Origin: Octopus sinensis
Taxonomy: Eukaryota
Length of the DNA stretch: 34,360 bases
NCBI RefSeq assembly: GCF_006345805.1
Contig: NW_021831941.1
Location: forward strand, 1-34,360
Direction: 5' to 3'
A program made the position numbers and the translations under genes. The stretch's first letter is position 1. Every line of letters begins with the position of its first letter. The notes below the pieces were generated by a model, which ran no database searches, was not told the origin of the DNA, and saw nothing but the letters and a program-made list of their open reading frames with translations. This document shows, piece after piece, positions 1-10,554 of this stretch.

Positions 1-315
1 CATAAAAAATATATATGCGTGTGTGTATATATATATTATATATATATATATATGAATGTGTAATGCCTACCCATATTAAGTTTGTGTCCTTTCCGCAGCA
101 CATTACTGTCACAATGTTATCAAATCAACTCGATTTAACATCAGAATCATTAATCAGTCCCCCTCCTCCCACCGCCACCGTTTTCCATCCTCACACCACC
201 ACCACTACCGTCCTTATACACTGATCATTATCTCGCATCTCACCACCGCCCTCTGCACCTGACATCAACCACCATAGCGTCTCCCCCCCCCCCCCGCCAC
301 CGCCGCCACCTCACG

Positions 316-472
316 CCACCAGCGGACTGACAGAATCGTTAGATCGTACGAGAGTCGAATGCCTCGATGTGTTTGTTCTGATGTCGATCGTCTGTGCTCC
401 GAGCTCAAAACCTGCCAAGGTCAGCCGCTTCTTGCATCCTCTTAGGGTCGATAAAAAAAGTGCCAGGCCAGG
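316..472 (+). mobile_element. Old, diverged copy of tRNA-derived SINE family A
   Basis: ctgacagaatcgttag...gagctcaaaacctgccaaggtc...catcctcttagggtcgataaaaaaagtgccag aligns colinearly, by eye, with the head and central domain of the intact copy at 22258-22490. Confidence 0.7.
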
Positions 473-573
473 CTCAGATATGAGAACAGGAGACGAAGGC
501 CATGGAAAGGAAACAGGACACGGGGCAGCAAAGTCGTCTTTGAAATCACTCAAGATGGATAGAGAGACAGACA

Positions 574-802
574 GGTAGGCATTCAGATAATTAGGTAGGT
601 AGGTAGGTAGGTAGGTTGGTAGGTAGGTAGGCAGGTAGGCAGGTTGGTTGGTAGGTAGGTAGGTAGGTATGTAGGTAGGTAGGCAGGTAGGCAGGTTGGT
701 TGGTAGGTAGGTAGGTAGGTATGTAGGTAGGTAGGCAGGCAGGTTGGTTGGTAGGTAGGTTTGTAGGTAGGTAGGTAGGTAAGGTAGGTAGGTGGGTAGG
801 TA
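574..802. repeat. (GGTA)n tetranucleotide microsatellite with GGCA/GGTT variants and a 52-bp higher-order unit
   Basis: Directly visible; the GTAT variant unit recurs at 667 and 719 (52 bp apart). It produces the spurious YLPT-repeat ORFs. Confidence 0.95.
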
Positions 803-819
803 GAACTCATCAGATAAAG

Positions 820-1125
820 CTTCTGAAGACACTTGTTTGATTTTGGTGCCGTATGGGTGTGGGAGCTGGACTCGAAGAACAAATGACACAGCCGAGCTGA
901 GGGTCAGCTGGACAAACCATAGAATGATAAGTTGTCCCAGTAATTCAAAAGGGCCAGCTTTGTCAAATTCTGTGTCACGTTGATTCTCCCTGAGAACTAC
1001 GTTAAGCTTACGCATGTCTGTGGAGTACTCAGCCACTTGCACATTAATTTCCCGAGCAGACTGTGTTCCGTTGATCGAATCAACAGGAACCCCTCATCGT
1101 CGTAAGCGACGGAGTGCCACAGAGA
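820..1125 (+). mobile_element. Possible highly decayed RTE-clade LINE fragment (region downstream of RT)
   Basis: A plus-strand frame reads [24 protein letters not shown], resembling the RTE LLYG(C/S)E(T/S)WT motif. Stops follow and the downstream similarity is weak. Confidence 0.35.
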
Positions 1126-1204
1126 TTTTAATATATATTTATTAGAATTCAAATTAATATTCACACACATGCTGGTAGGCACAATTACATACAAGCACAC
1201 CATT

Positions 1205-2382
1205 CGTACATACACATACAACACACACACACACACACACCACACACACTCACATAAACACTCATACACACCACACACATAAGCATTCATACACACACAC
1301 GCACTCACATAAACACTTATACACACACACACACATAAGCATTCATACACACCACACACACTCATACACACACACTCATACACACACACATAAGCATTCA
1401 TACACACACACACACACATAAACACTCACACACACACACACTCACATAAACACTCATACACACACACATAAGCATTCATACACACACACACTCACATAAA
1501 CACTCATACACACACACACATAAACACTCATACACACACACATAAGCATTCATACACACACACACACACACATAGACACTCATACACACACGCACATAAG
1601 CATTCATACACACACACACACTCACATAAACACTCATACACACACACACACTCACATAAACACTCATACACACACGCACAACCATTCATAAACACACACA
1701 CACACACCACATAAGCATTCATACACACACACACATCATAAGCATTCATACACACACACACTCCACAACACTCATACACACACACACACACTCAGCATAA
1801 CACCATACACACACCATAAGCATTCATAAACACTTACATAAACACTCATACACAACACACACACATAAGCTTCATACACAACACACACTCACATAACACT
1901 CATACACACACACTCTAAACACTCACACACACACACACTCACATAAACACTCATACACACACACACCATAAGCATTCATCACACACACCACACACCACAT
2001 AAACACTCACACACACACACTCACATAAACACTCCTACATACACACACACATAAGCATTCATACACACACACACACACACCACATAAACACTCACACACA
2101 CACACACTCACATAAACACTCATACACACACACATAAATCATTCATACACACCACACACACTCACATAACACTCACACACACACACACATAAACACTCAT
2201 ACACACACCACACATAAGCATTCATACACACACACATACAGATAAACACTCATACACACACACACATAAACACTCATACACACACACATAAGCATTCATA
2301 CACACACACATACAGATAAACACTCACACACACACACACACATAAGCATTCATACACACACACACACACACATACAGATAAA
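1205..2382. repeat. Compound CA-rich satellite: (CA)n interleaved with cataagcattcata and ctcacataaacactcata modules
   Basis: Directly visible over about 1.2 kb; source of the VCVC/THTH ORFs. Confidence 0.95.
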
Positions 2383-2507
2383 CGTATATAAAAAAAGGTC
2401 ATAATGAATTGGTTGACGAGATGCAACATCGGTTGAGATGTCAAATTTGATGGGTAAAGCAACCACCACATCAACAGAAGCATAAACAACCGTTGACAGC
2501 TCAGCAA

Positions 2508-2862
2508 TAACAACAACAACAACAACAACGATAATCATAATGATAATCCTGACGATGGCAATGATAAGGATTAAAACAAGAACAACCACAGAAGAAGCGA
2601 CAACAACAATCAAACAAGAAACAAAAACAACTGCAACAATTGACAAACTCAGTAATAAGAATATTAATAATAAAAATAACGACTACAACAATAATATAAT
2701 AAGAAGAAGAAGAAGAACAGCAGCGAAAGATAAGGACAAAGGCAAAAATAACAAGAATAAGAATTACAACAACAATACAAGGGACGAATGCTGCAATAAC
2801 GGTAACGAGCACAACAACAACATTAACAAGAAGAATGACACGAATAATGACAACAAGCTTAA
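2508..2862. repeat. Degenerate AAC/AAT/AAG trinucleotide low-complexity tract
   Basis: Runs of aac, aat and aga; the ORF 2540-2866 is only N/T/K low complexity. Confidence 0.85.
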
Positions 2863-3013
2863 GTAGAATGACGTGAGAAAGCTGTCATGACAGGAATTAT
2901 GGAATCTCTGGAAATTTCTAGAATGTCCTGGTTTCGATGTGACGTAACTCCGTGGTTTTGGTGGCAATATTGATAACATACCACATTCATACATCTATAA
3001 ACATACTCACATA

Positions 3014-3169
3014 CCATATTTTAACATATATAAGGAACCCCCTAATTTTAGGGGCTTAAAATTTGGGAAAATGATTAAGGGATTATAATACTATCCATGT
3101 ATAAGAAACTCCCATATTTTTTAACCATATTTTTCACAAAAAAGGGTTCCTTATACACGTTAAATACGG
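3014..3169. mobile_element. 156-bp MITE, Tc1/mariner superfamily-like (pogo/Tc2-type CCGTATT ends)
   Basis: Left end ccatattttaacatatataaggaaccc matches the reverse complement of the right end gggttccttatacacgttaaatacgg. TA lies on both sides (3012-3013, 3170-3171), consistent with a TA target-site duplication. Confidence 0.75.
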
Positions 3170-3180
3170 TATATAATACC

Positions 3181-3341
3181 TATTTCTTTACTACCCACAA
3201 GGGGCTAAACATAGAGGGGACAAACAAGGACATACAAACGGATTAAGTCGATTGCATCGACCCCAGTGCGTAACTGGTACTTAATTTATCAACCCCGAAA
3301 AGATGAAAGGCAAAGTCGACCTCGGCGGAATTTGAACTCAG
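3181..3341 (-). mobile_element. 5'-truncated SINE family A copy (tail type A1)
   Basis: Reverse complement reads ctgagttcaaattccgccgaggtcgactttgcctttcatcttttcggggttgataaa...ccccttgtgggtagtaaagaaata, near-identical to the 3' two-thirds of 22258-22490. Confidence 0.92.
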
Positions 3342-3720
3342 GTATATATAATATCATCTGCGTAAATGACCTCGTAACGTGCATTCCTAAGCTCCAAAAC
3401 GGTTATCGGCTATCATATGACATCATACAGGATTATTCCTCTTCCTGAATATACATGTGAAACTCCGTAGCTGCATGCAGAATTTGTATAAGAAATTTAT
3501 AAAACAATAAGAGAGTGAACAAGCTCTAATCAAAAATCACAACAATTGTTTCCGTGCAATGGTAACACATGTTAGTACCTGAGTTATCATATCATACTAT
3601 TATATAAACATTACATGAATAATTAGGATCTAGAAGCAGGCGTGTACCAGCACGCCATCAGGTGAGCGGCTTTGATAGCACTGCTGAATCATGTGTGTGT
3701 GTGTGTGTTGTGTGTGTACA

Positions 3721-4119
3721 TCTTTATATATAAAAGTGAAGTTGTGTGTCTGTCTCCTACGATTTAGATTCCTAACTACTCCCACATTTTGCGATGCAGT
3801 GTAACCAAAAGCGGGTATCTTATAGTCGTGATTCATATCGAGCCCTTCTGGGTATTAGCGCGCGTCTACGATGAGTCTACGATTTAAAAAAAAATTACCA
3901 TCATTTTTTCCCATTTTTAATGCATTTTTTTGCTATTATATAAGGGAAGTAACTCTCTAAAAATGTATTATTAAATCTCAGAACGTAAAAAGCTACAGTA
4001 ACACCCACCCCCACTTTGTGGTTAGCCATATTGAGATGGCTATTATACTTTACATCTATAAAAATGCTTATATAGTTATTTCCCTTACAAACCCGAGCAA
4101 CGCCGGGCGATACTGTTAG
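3721..4119 (+). mobile_element. Non-autonomous Helitron (~400 bp)
   Basis: Starts TC(tttatatataaaag) right after an A. Ends with a GC-rich hairpin cccgagcaacgccggg (4092-4107) followed 8 nt later by TTAG (a CTAG variant) and a T. The A|T insertion site without TSD is the established Helitron signature. Confidence 0.8.
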
Positions 4120-4261
4120 TTCTATATAATGGTCAGTTAGGTGAAACTCTGCGCTACAGTTGATAAGGTTTCTTTCGGAATTAATGAAATAGTATGTTGC
4201 TCTGCCTTTGGTATATGAGTACTATTTTCCCTTCCTTGTTTTACACCTCTGTGCTCGTGTA

Positions 4262-4296
4262 AGCGCGCGTGTGTATGTGTGTGTGTGTGTGTGCGT

Positions 4297-4344
<48 letters not shown>

Positions 4345-4365
4345 ATCTGTATGTGTGTGCGTGCG
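4262..4365. repeat. (GT)n microsatellite
   Basis: Directly visible. Confidence 0.95.
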
Positions 4366-5072
4366 CCCATGAAAATTTGTAGGAATAAAAATCTTCGGCT
4401 TGTGAATATGATCTGTAGGTTTCTTATTAATTCTTCCTAGATCTCCACTTTCCTCCAACTTTTGACAAGACATTCACATCTGCCGAACTTCTGATCTCTA
4501 CAACAAAACAGACTTTTGTTCCTTGTCTCCTACAACCATATTTGGCCCATTATGTTTACACCAGGTCGCTGTTTTATTAGAACATTCCACTAATATTCTT
4601 TATTTTTAAAGACGGGGATACATTCTGGTTTTAGTGAGTCTTTTGTATGGCTGTCAGAACTATCTGTCCAGCGTATAGTATTCTAGATGTTTATAAAGAC
4701 AGTAATATATGCATGTATGTGTGTATGTATATCTGTACATGTATTGTGTGTGTGTGTGTGTGTATGTATATATGTTTAAGAGAGACACTAGTATATATTA
4801 ATGGATATATACAGTGAGTGTTTAGATCGGTTTAGCATTAAAACTCTGGCTTGAAGTGCAAATGGGAACTATCCAAGGTTGCTAGAAGCGGTACCTGATT
4901 CAGCGGGTATAGATCAAAAATGATCGTTCGGCGTTTTCATCCTCGACATTTGATCTAAATATCCTTGAATAACGCCAAATGTTTGGCATTATTCAACAAC
5001 CCGATATCAGAACTGTATAAAGGTACATGCCACAGGATATACCTCAGGAATTCCTCTGTGTCCGTAGAGCTT

Positions 5073-5494
5073 ATATAAAAAAGATGAGACAGAAAATGGA
5101 ATTCAAGACAGTCTTTATTCAGAACCACTATGATTGTTTCGACTTATCGTGCACCCGTACCTTACAGGTGAAATGCTTCCATTCGTCTCCATAATGAAGT
5201 GAGATAAAATGAAATAATCCTTCTCATATGTGAAAGATTTTTTCATTCTATCTCAGGGTGGAATGCTACACTAAGTAAAATGTATTGTTATAGAAATAAG
5301 CGAAACAGCAAGTAAAAAGCAAAGTACTTTTTGAAAAGTCACCTGAGGAAATGTATCTGCACCTATAATGTATGACAAGTAAATTGTAGAGCATATCACC
5401 TGTAAGGTACGGAGGCATGACGAGTCGAAACGGTCGTAGTGGTTCTGAATAAAGAGTTTCATGAATTCCATGCTCTGTCTCTCATCTTTATATA
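5073..5494. repeat. Inverted repeat pair with ~100-bp arms (5073-5176 and 5391-5494), Penelope pLTR-like sequence
   Basis: tctttattcagaaccactatgattgtttcgacttatcgtgcacccgtaccttacaggtga pairs with tcacctgtaaggtacggaggcatgacgagtcgaaacggtcgtagtggttctgaataaaga; most differences are transitions. Confidence 0.85.
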
Positions 5495-5526
5495 CACACG
5501 TACATACACACACACTCACACACACA

Positions 5527-5560
<34 letters not shown>

Positions 5561-5632
5561 ACACACACACACACACACATATATATATACAGAAAGAAAG
5601 AGAGAAAGAAAAGTATATATATATGATACGCA

Positions 5633-5681
<49 letters not shown>

Positions 5682-5712
5682 GTGTGTGTGTGCATGTATA
5701 TGTATATATGCA
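5492..5712. repeat. Compound (CA)n/(TA)n/(TG)n microsatellite
   Basis: Directly visible. Confidence 0.95.
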
Positions 5713-6344
5713 TGTGCCCAACCTATCGACTAATGTATTTGAATAAATAATTACATTTTCTAGTAACAAATATAAATTTTATAGAACTATAAGTATGGAT
5801 ATAAAATATAAAAGTTAGGAATAGGGATATACCTAGATTTGTTTCATCAATAATAAGGGCGTAGATGAATATGTTATGAACATACTGAATAGGACGAAAA
5901 GTAGAGATAGGCTTGTAAACAGCTAATTGGTACTACCAAAAGAGCGTAATAGAAACATGACCTAGTTCTTCTGAACTATGTCTATCCCTTGTCCAGTAAG
6001 GTCAAAATTCAACTTTTTTGTAGGACAGAATCCAAGAAGCATATGCTACAATTCAGTCGGAAAAAACTCTCCATCCGTTAAGATGTGAAAAATATCAGTC
6101 AACTATGCCCTGAAAAGGTTTTTTTGCTTTTTTCAACTTCATAATGCACTTTAAAAGTGCAAATACGAATGACAGCAATCAGCCGAAACGCAGCGTAGGA
6201 ACTATGAATGAACTTATTAATTTGACAGGACTATGATAATAAATTGACTTTTCAATGTATGTATTCTCTGTTTCTTTGAATATATATATATAAAGTTAAT
6301 CCAACAAGAAAACACCAAAAAAAAACACACACATCATACACACG

Positions 6345-6507
6345 ACGCGAGGACGTGGAACAAATAAAGTATTATTGGACACTCAGAAAAGAAGGGAAGA
6401 AGGAGGGTTTAACGTTTCGAGCGGAGCTCTTCGTCGGAAACATAGGAGAAGGAAAGATCCCGAGAAGGGAAGACAGAGGAAAAAAATCACCGGCGGTACT
6501 CAGAGGT

Positions 6508-6510
<3 letters not shown>
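6345..6510 (-). mobile_element. Probable Penelope-like element pseudo-LTR fragment carrying a hammerhead motif
   Basis: Unique ~165-bp block between a CA-rich tract and (TA)n that contains the hammerhead at 6407-6441. PLE pLTRs are known carriers of minimal hammerheads; the assignment is by inference. Confidence 0.55.
6407..6441 (-). ncRNA. Minimal type-I hammerhead ribozyme, variant core CCGACGA
   Basis: Minus strand: GTTT-CCGACGA-A-GAGC-tcc-GCTC-GAA-ACGT-T|AAAC. Stem I is GTTT/AAAC, stem II is GAGC/GCTC, helix III is the palindrome ACGT, and the predicted cleavage is after GUU. Confidence 0.7.
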
Positions 6511-6546
<36 letters not shown>

Positions 6547-6617
6547 TATATATATATATATATGTATTATATATATCTGTTTCTAGTAGTTAGTAATATA
6601 ATTTTAAACTGACTTAC

Positions 6618-6681
6618 CTGGTAACAAGAAGTCCAGTAATGAAATTACCTCCACGTGGTGCCAGATGGAAGGACCCAGCTC
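6618..6681 (-). other. Candidate 64-nt internal exon of an unidentified gene
   Basis: Minus strand ctgtttatttctttcatag|GAGCTGG...TTACCAG|gtaagtc: a polypyrimidine acceptor plus a consensus donor. Two frames are open (AGSFHLAPRGGNFITGLLVT or ELGPSIWHHVEVISLLDFLLP). No protein family recognised. Confidence 0.4.
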
Positions 6682-7182
6682 CTATGAAAGAAATAAACAG
6701 TTATTACGCTATCCGCAGTAATGGTGCATCACTGCACATTACACTATACGACTCCACTCCACGCAACATTACACTATACCAAAATACATTAATAGTAATG
6801 GTCCAGATGGGCAGTGGTCAACAGTTGGTTGAATGACCAAACAGAGGAGGAATTGATTCAAAGACCGACTGAAGAATATTTTGAAAAGGAACAACACCAG
6901 CCATTCGAGAATAGGTTTACTTTGATGGTTTCCCAAAATAATGGTTGATTGAAGATATATGGAGGTGGAATAGACTCAAGGGTACCAGGTTTAGCAAGAA
7001 TAGAAGCAGGTACTCGTTTATTCTGGCGGTTTATTGAACTGAACATAGTTGCATGTTCGTTGTCGACGTTTCTATATCAAAGATTGGGGATGTCCTAGCC
7101 ATTGGAGGGGGCCATGAGTGGAAGAAGAGGTGGGCTTCATTAGATTGGAGGGGCAACCATATACAAGCAGTGCGTATGTCGG

Positions 7183-7560
7183 TGTGGTTGTGTAGTAATA
7201 GTAGTAGTAATGGTGGTGGTGGTTGTGGTGGTAGTAGAAGTAGTAGTAGTAGTGGTAGTAATGGTAGTAGTAATAGTAGTAGTAGTGGTAGTAATGGTAG
7301 TAGTAGTGGTAGTAGTAGTGGTAGTAGTAGTAGTGGTGGTGGTGGTGGTGGTGGTAGTGGTGGTGGTGGTAGTAGTAGTAGTAATGGTGGTGGTGGTGGT
7401 AGTGGTGGTGGTGGTAGTAGTAGTAGTAATGGTGGTGGTGGTGGTAGTGGTGGTGGTGGTAGTAGTAGTAGTAATGGTAGTGGTGGTGGTAGTAGTAATA
7501 GAAGTGGTAGAAGTAGTAATGGTAGTAGTAATGATAGTAGTTACGGTAGTGGTGTGGTGA
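7183..7560. repeat. GTA/GTG trinucleotide array with a repeated ~33-bp superunit
   Basis: Directly visible; generates the Gly/Ser, Val and His/Tyr ORFs in three frames. Confidence 0.95.
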
Positions 7561-7949
7561 TAGATAGTATACTAGCATCTGTTTGCGTAACTGTTTGAGC
7601 GCGTGTATATTGTAGTGCGCGTGCGTAGAAGGGTCCTATTTGTGTGTGTGTATGTGAGAAAGAGAGAGCGTGTGCGTATGTTAGTGTGTGTTAGCAATTT
7701 AAGTATGTGAGTGTCTGTGCGTATTACTAGTATTTATGTGTGTGTGTGTGTATGCGTACCTATGCTAATGCGTACGAGTTGAGGTGTACTCGTTGAGGTG
7801 CATAATAGCCTATTAGTATGTGTATGCTAGTGTGTACATATGTGTATAAGTGTGTGTATGTGGGCGCATGCGCACACGTGTTAGTGAGTGCGTACGTGTT
7901 CATGTGTGTCTAATATCCCTATAAGACGTTTCTAGTACTTTGCTCTATT

Positions 7950-7958
7950 ACTGCATAT

Positions 7959-7994
<36 letters not shown>

Positions 7995-8593
7995 ATGGTA
8001 GTAGTAGTAGAGTAATGGTAGTATGGTAGTATAGTAAGTAGTAGTAAAGTAATGTAGTAATGGTAGTAGTAGTAGTATTAGTAATGGTATAGTAGTAGTA
8101 GTAGTAATGGTGGTGGTGGTGGTGATATAGATAATATGTTAGGGTAAATGTTCGCGTGTGTGTGTATGAGTGACTGTGTGTGTGTGTGTGTGTAGTAGTA
8201 GTAGTAGCAGTAGTAATCATATGTAAAGTAAATATATCGATCTGTTGCCACCATATTGAGATCTTCCTCACTATTTAAACGACCGACATCATAACATTAT
8301 CTCCTCTCTCTCTCTCTCCCTCTTTACCACACACTCTCTCTCTCTCTTTCACACATCCACACACACACACACACACATATAAATATGTATATATATATAT
8401 ATATGTATGTATATATATATATATATATATGTATATGGTATATCTGCATGTATATGCACATATGTACAATAAATATATACATTTATGTAAATATGCATGT
8501 GTGTATATGTATGTGTATATGTGTGTATATGTGTGTATGTGTGATTATACATGTATGTATGTATATCCATAAATATCTATACACACACACATG

Positions 8594-8636
<43 letters not shown>

Positions 8637-9133
8637 TTATATAGGTATATAACTACAGCTATATATAGAATATATATGTGTACATATTTTTTGTGTCACT
8701 AAACATGTGTGTATATATACACATACATACATACATAGATATATACACTCACACACGCACAAATAGTTTCCATCTTAACATGTCTTTTACAAATAAGAAA
8801 TGTCAAATTAGATCGACTGTATTGTTATTGTTGTTCTTGATATTGTTGTCGTTAATATTGCTGCTGTTGTTGTTGTTGTTGTTTTTACCGTTTCCTTAGA
8901 ATTCAGAACCAAGAAGAAATTAAAATTTGAAAATTAGAAATTAAGAAATTCTAAGTAAAAAATATCAGAAATACTTTGAAAATGAGAAAATTTCAAAGAG
9001 AACTCGAAATAAAGAATTTAGAAAACATAACAGACAAATAATGGAATAAATACACAACAACACACACACATATGTTGTGTATGTAGGTATGTATATATAT
9101 ATATATATATGTTGTGTGCGTGTGTGTGTATGT

Positions 9134-9204
<71 letters not shown>

Positions 9205-9445
9205 CGTGTGGTGTGTATGTAGGTATATATATATATATATACATATATATATGCATACATATATATCTATATATTTGTATACGTATATATATTTGTATAT
9301 CATGTACAAATATCATATATTATATATATGTATACATAATATACATATAGGTATATATATATGTATGTAAATGCATATATCTACGTATATGTATGTATGT
9401 ATATATATCTATGTATATATATGTATGTATGTATGTATAACTAGA
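7950..9445. repeat. Mosaic of (GTA)n, (CT)n, (CA)n, (TA)n and (TATG)n microsatellites
   Basis: Directly visible, with short unique AT-rich spacers. Confidence 0.9.
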
Positions 9446-9604
9446 TGTGTGTATTTTTCCCTTGTTTACAATTAACACGGCAAAAATAGATAAATAGTTA
9501 TCAGGGTAGTAAAAAATCACACAAGTAAAAAGGGTGTAACACCTTGCTTTTAAAGATAGAAACTCCGGGTTGATGAGAAATATTTTGTATTATATATAAA
9601 TAAA

Positions 9605-9738
9605 TAAATAGAGTTGAACGCAGGTGTTTATCAAATTCTTTTACTTCCGACATGTTTCGAAGACAACATTGGTATTATGTTGTCTTCGAAACATATGTCG
9701 GAAGTAAAAGAATTTGCATAACACCTGCGTTCAACTCC

Positions 9739-9743
<5 letters not shown>
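9605..9743. repeat. Near-perfect hairpin/fold-back, ~65-bp arms, 7-nt loop
   Basis: taaatagagttgaacgcaggtgtttatcaaattcttttacttccgacatgtttcgaagacaacat - tggtatt - atgttgtcttcgaaacatatgtcggaagtaaaagaatttgcataacacctgcgttcaactccattta. Confidence 0.92.
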
Positions 9744-9773
<30 letters not shown>

Positions 9774-10139
9774 TACACACATACCACACACGTATGTGTG
9801 TGTGTGTGTGTGCGTGTATATATGTGTGTATATACACACACACACACATATATGTGTGTATATATATGTGTGTATATATATGTATATATATGTGTGTATG
9901 TAAAAGAATATATTTATAGTTTCTATTATGCCAAAGTGTCGTAAGTCCAAAACGTTGCCTTTTCAAAAAACGAAAAAATAGTTTCACCATTTCATAGCAA
10001 AACCGTTGTACTACACTTCGACAATTTTTGATATCTTGGCATCTGAAGCAACTGGTGATACGATAGTTTCACCAAAAGAACCGGCTATTTGAACATGCGA
10101 CATTTTAACATAATAGTAAATGTACACACACACACACAC

Positions 10140-10195
<56 letters not shown>

Positions 10196-10299
10196 GATGA
10201 GCAGATAAGTGGTAAACAAGATGGAAAAAATAGAACTCGAATACAAAAGGTAGAGTAATACACCTTTATTAAAACTGAACAATTATCACAAGACAGTTA

Positions 10300-10337
<38 letters not shown>

Positions 10338-10479
10338 TTATGTATGTATGTATGTATTAACGCTTTGTTTTTATGTTGAGTTATAATAAAAACAGTTTTA
10401 CATTAACCTGAAGAATTACTCAAAACTTTTTAGCAGCTTACATATTTACAATACTTTTAACAAGAAGAGCGATTCCAGT

Positions 10480-10513
10480 GACATCCGGGTTTCGGTCTTC
10501 AAGACCTCGTCAG
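10480..10513 (-). ncRNA. Hammerhead ribozyme core with stems II and III; stem I not formed in cis
   Basis: Minus strand: CTGACGA-GGTC-ttgaa-GACC-GAAAC-ccggat-GTC. Canonical core and GUC triplet, but the flanks (tatatgc / actgg) do not pair. Confidence 0.6.
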
Positions 10514-10554
10514 GCATATACGTAATATGTGTCTATGCATATATACGCATATGT

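Noticed and set aside
311-1042. 243-aa minus-strand ORF, with a faint cadherin-like AYDD...INVQVAE look upstream
   Set aside because: It runs through a (TACC)n microsatellite and an antisense SINE. The cadherin-like words are split across frames by a stop and lack the DxNDNxP motif.
574-2382. Regularly spaced repeats as a possible CRISPR-like array
   Set aside because: The spacers are simple repeats rather than unique sequence, the context is eukaryotic, and there are no cas genes.
6790-7100. Protein-looking plus-strand frame WAVVNSWLNDQTEEELIQRP...EAGTRLFW
   Set aside because: It has an internal stop and only a vague resemblance to LINE RT; it cannot be assigned.
7053-7598. Gly/Ser-rich 181-aa ORF and overlapping poly-His/Tyr and poly-Val ORFs
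   Set aside because: These are three frames of one GTA/GTG repeat, with no splice or start context.
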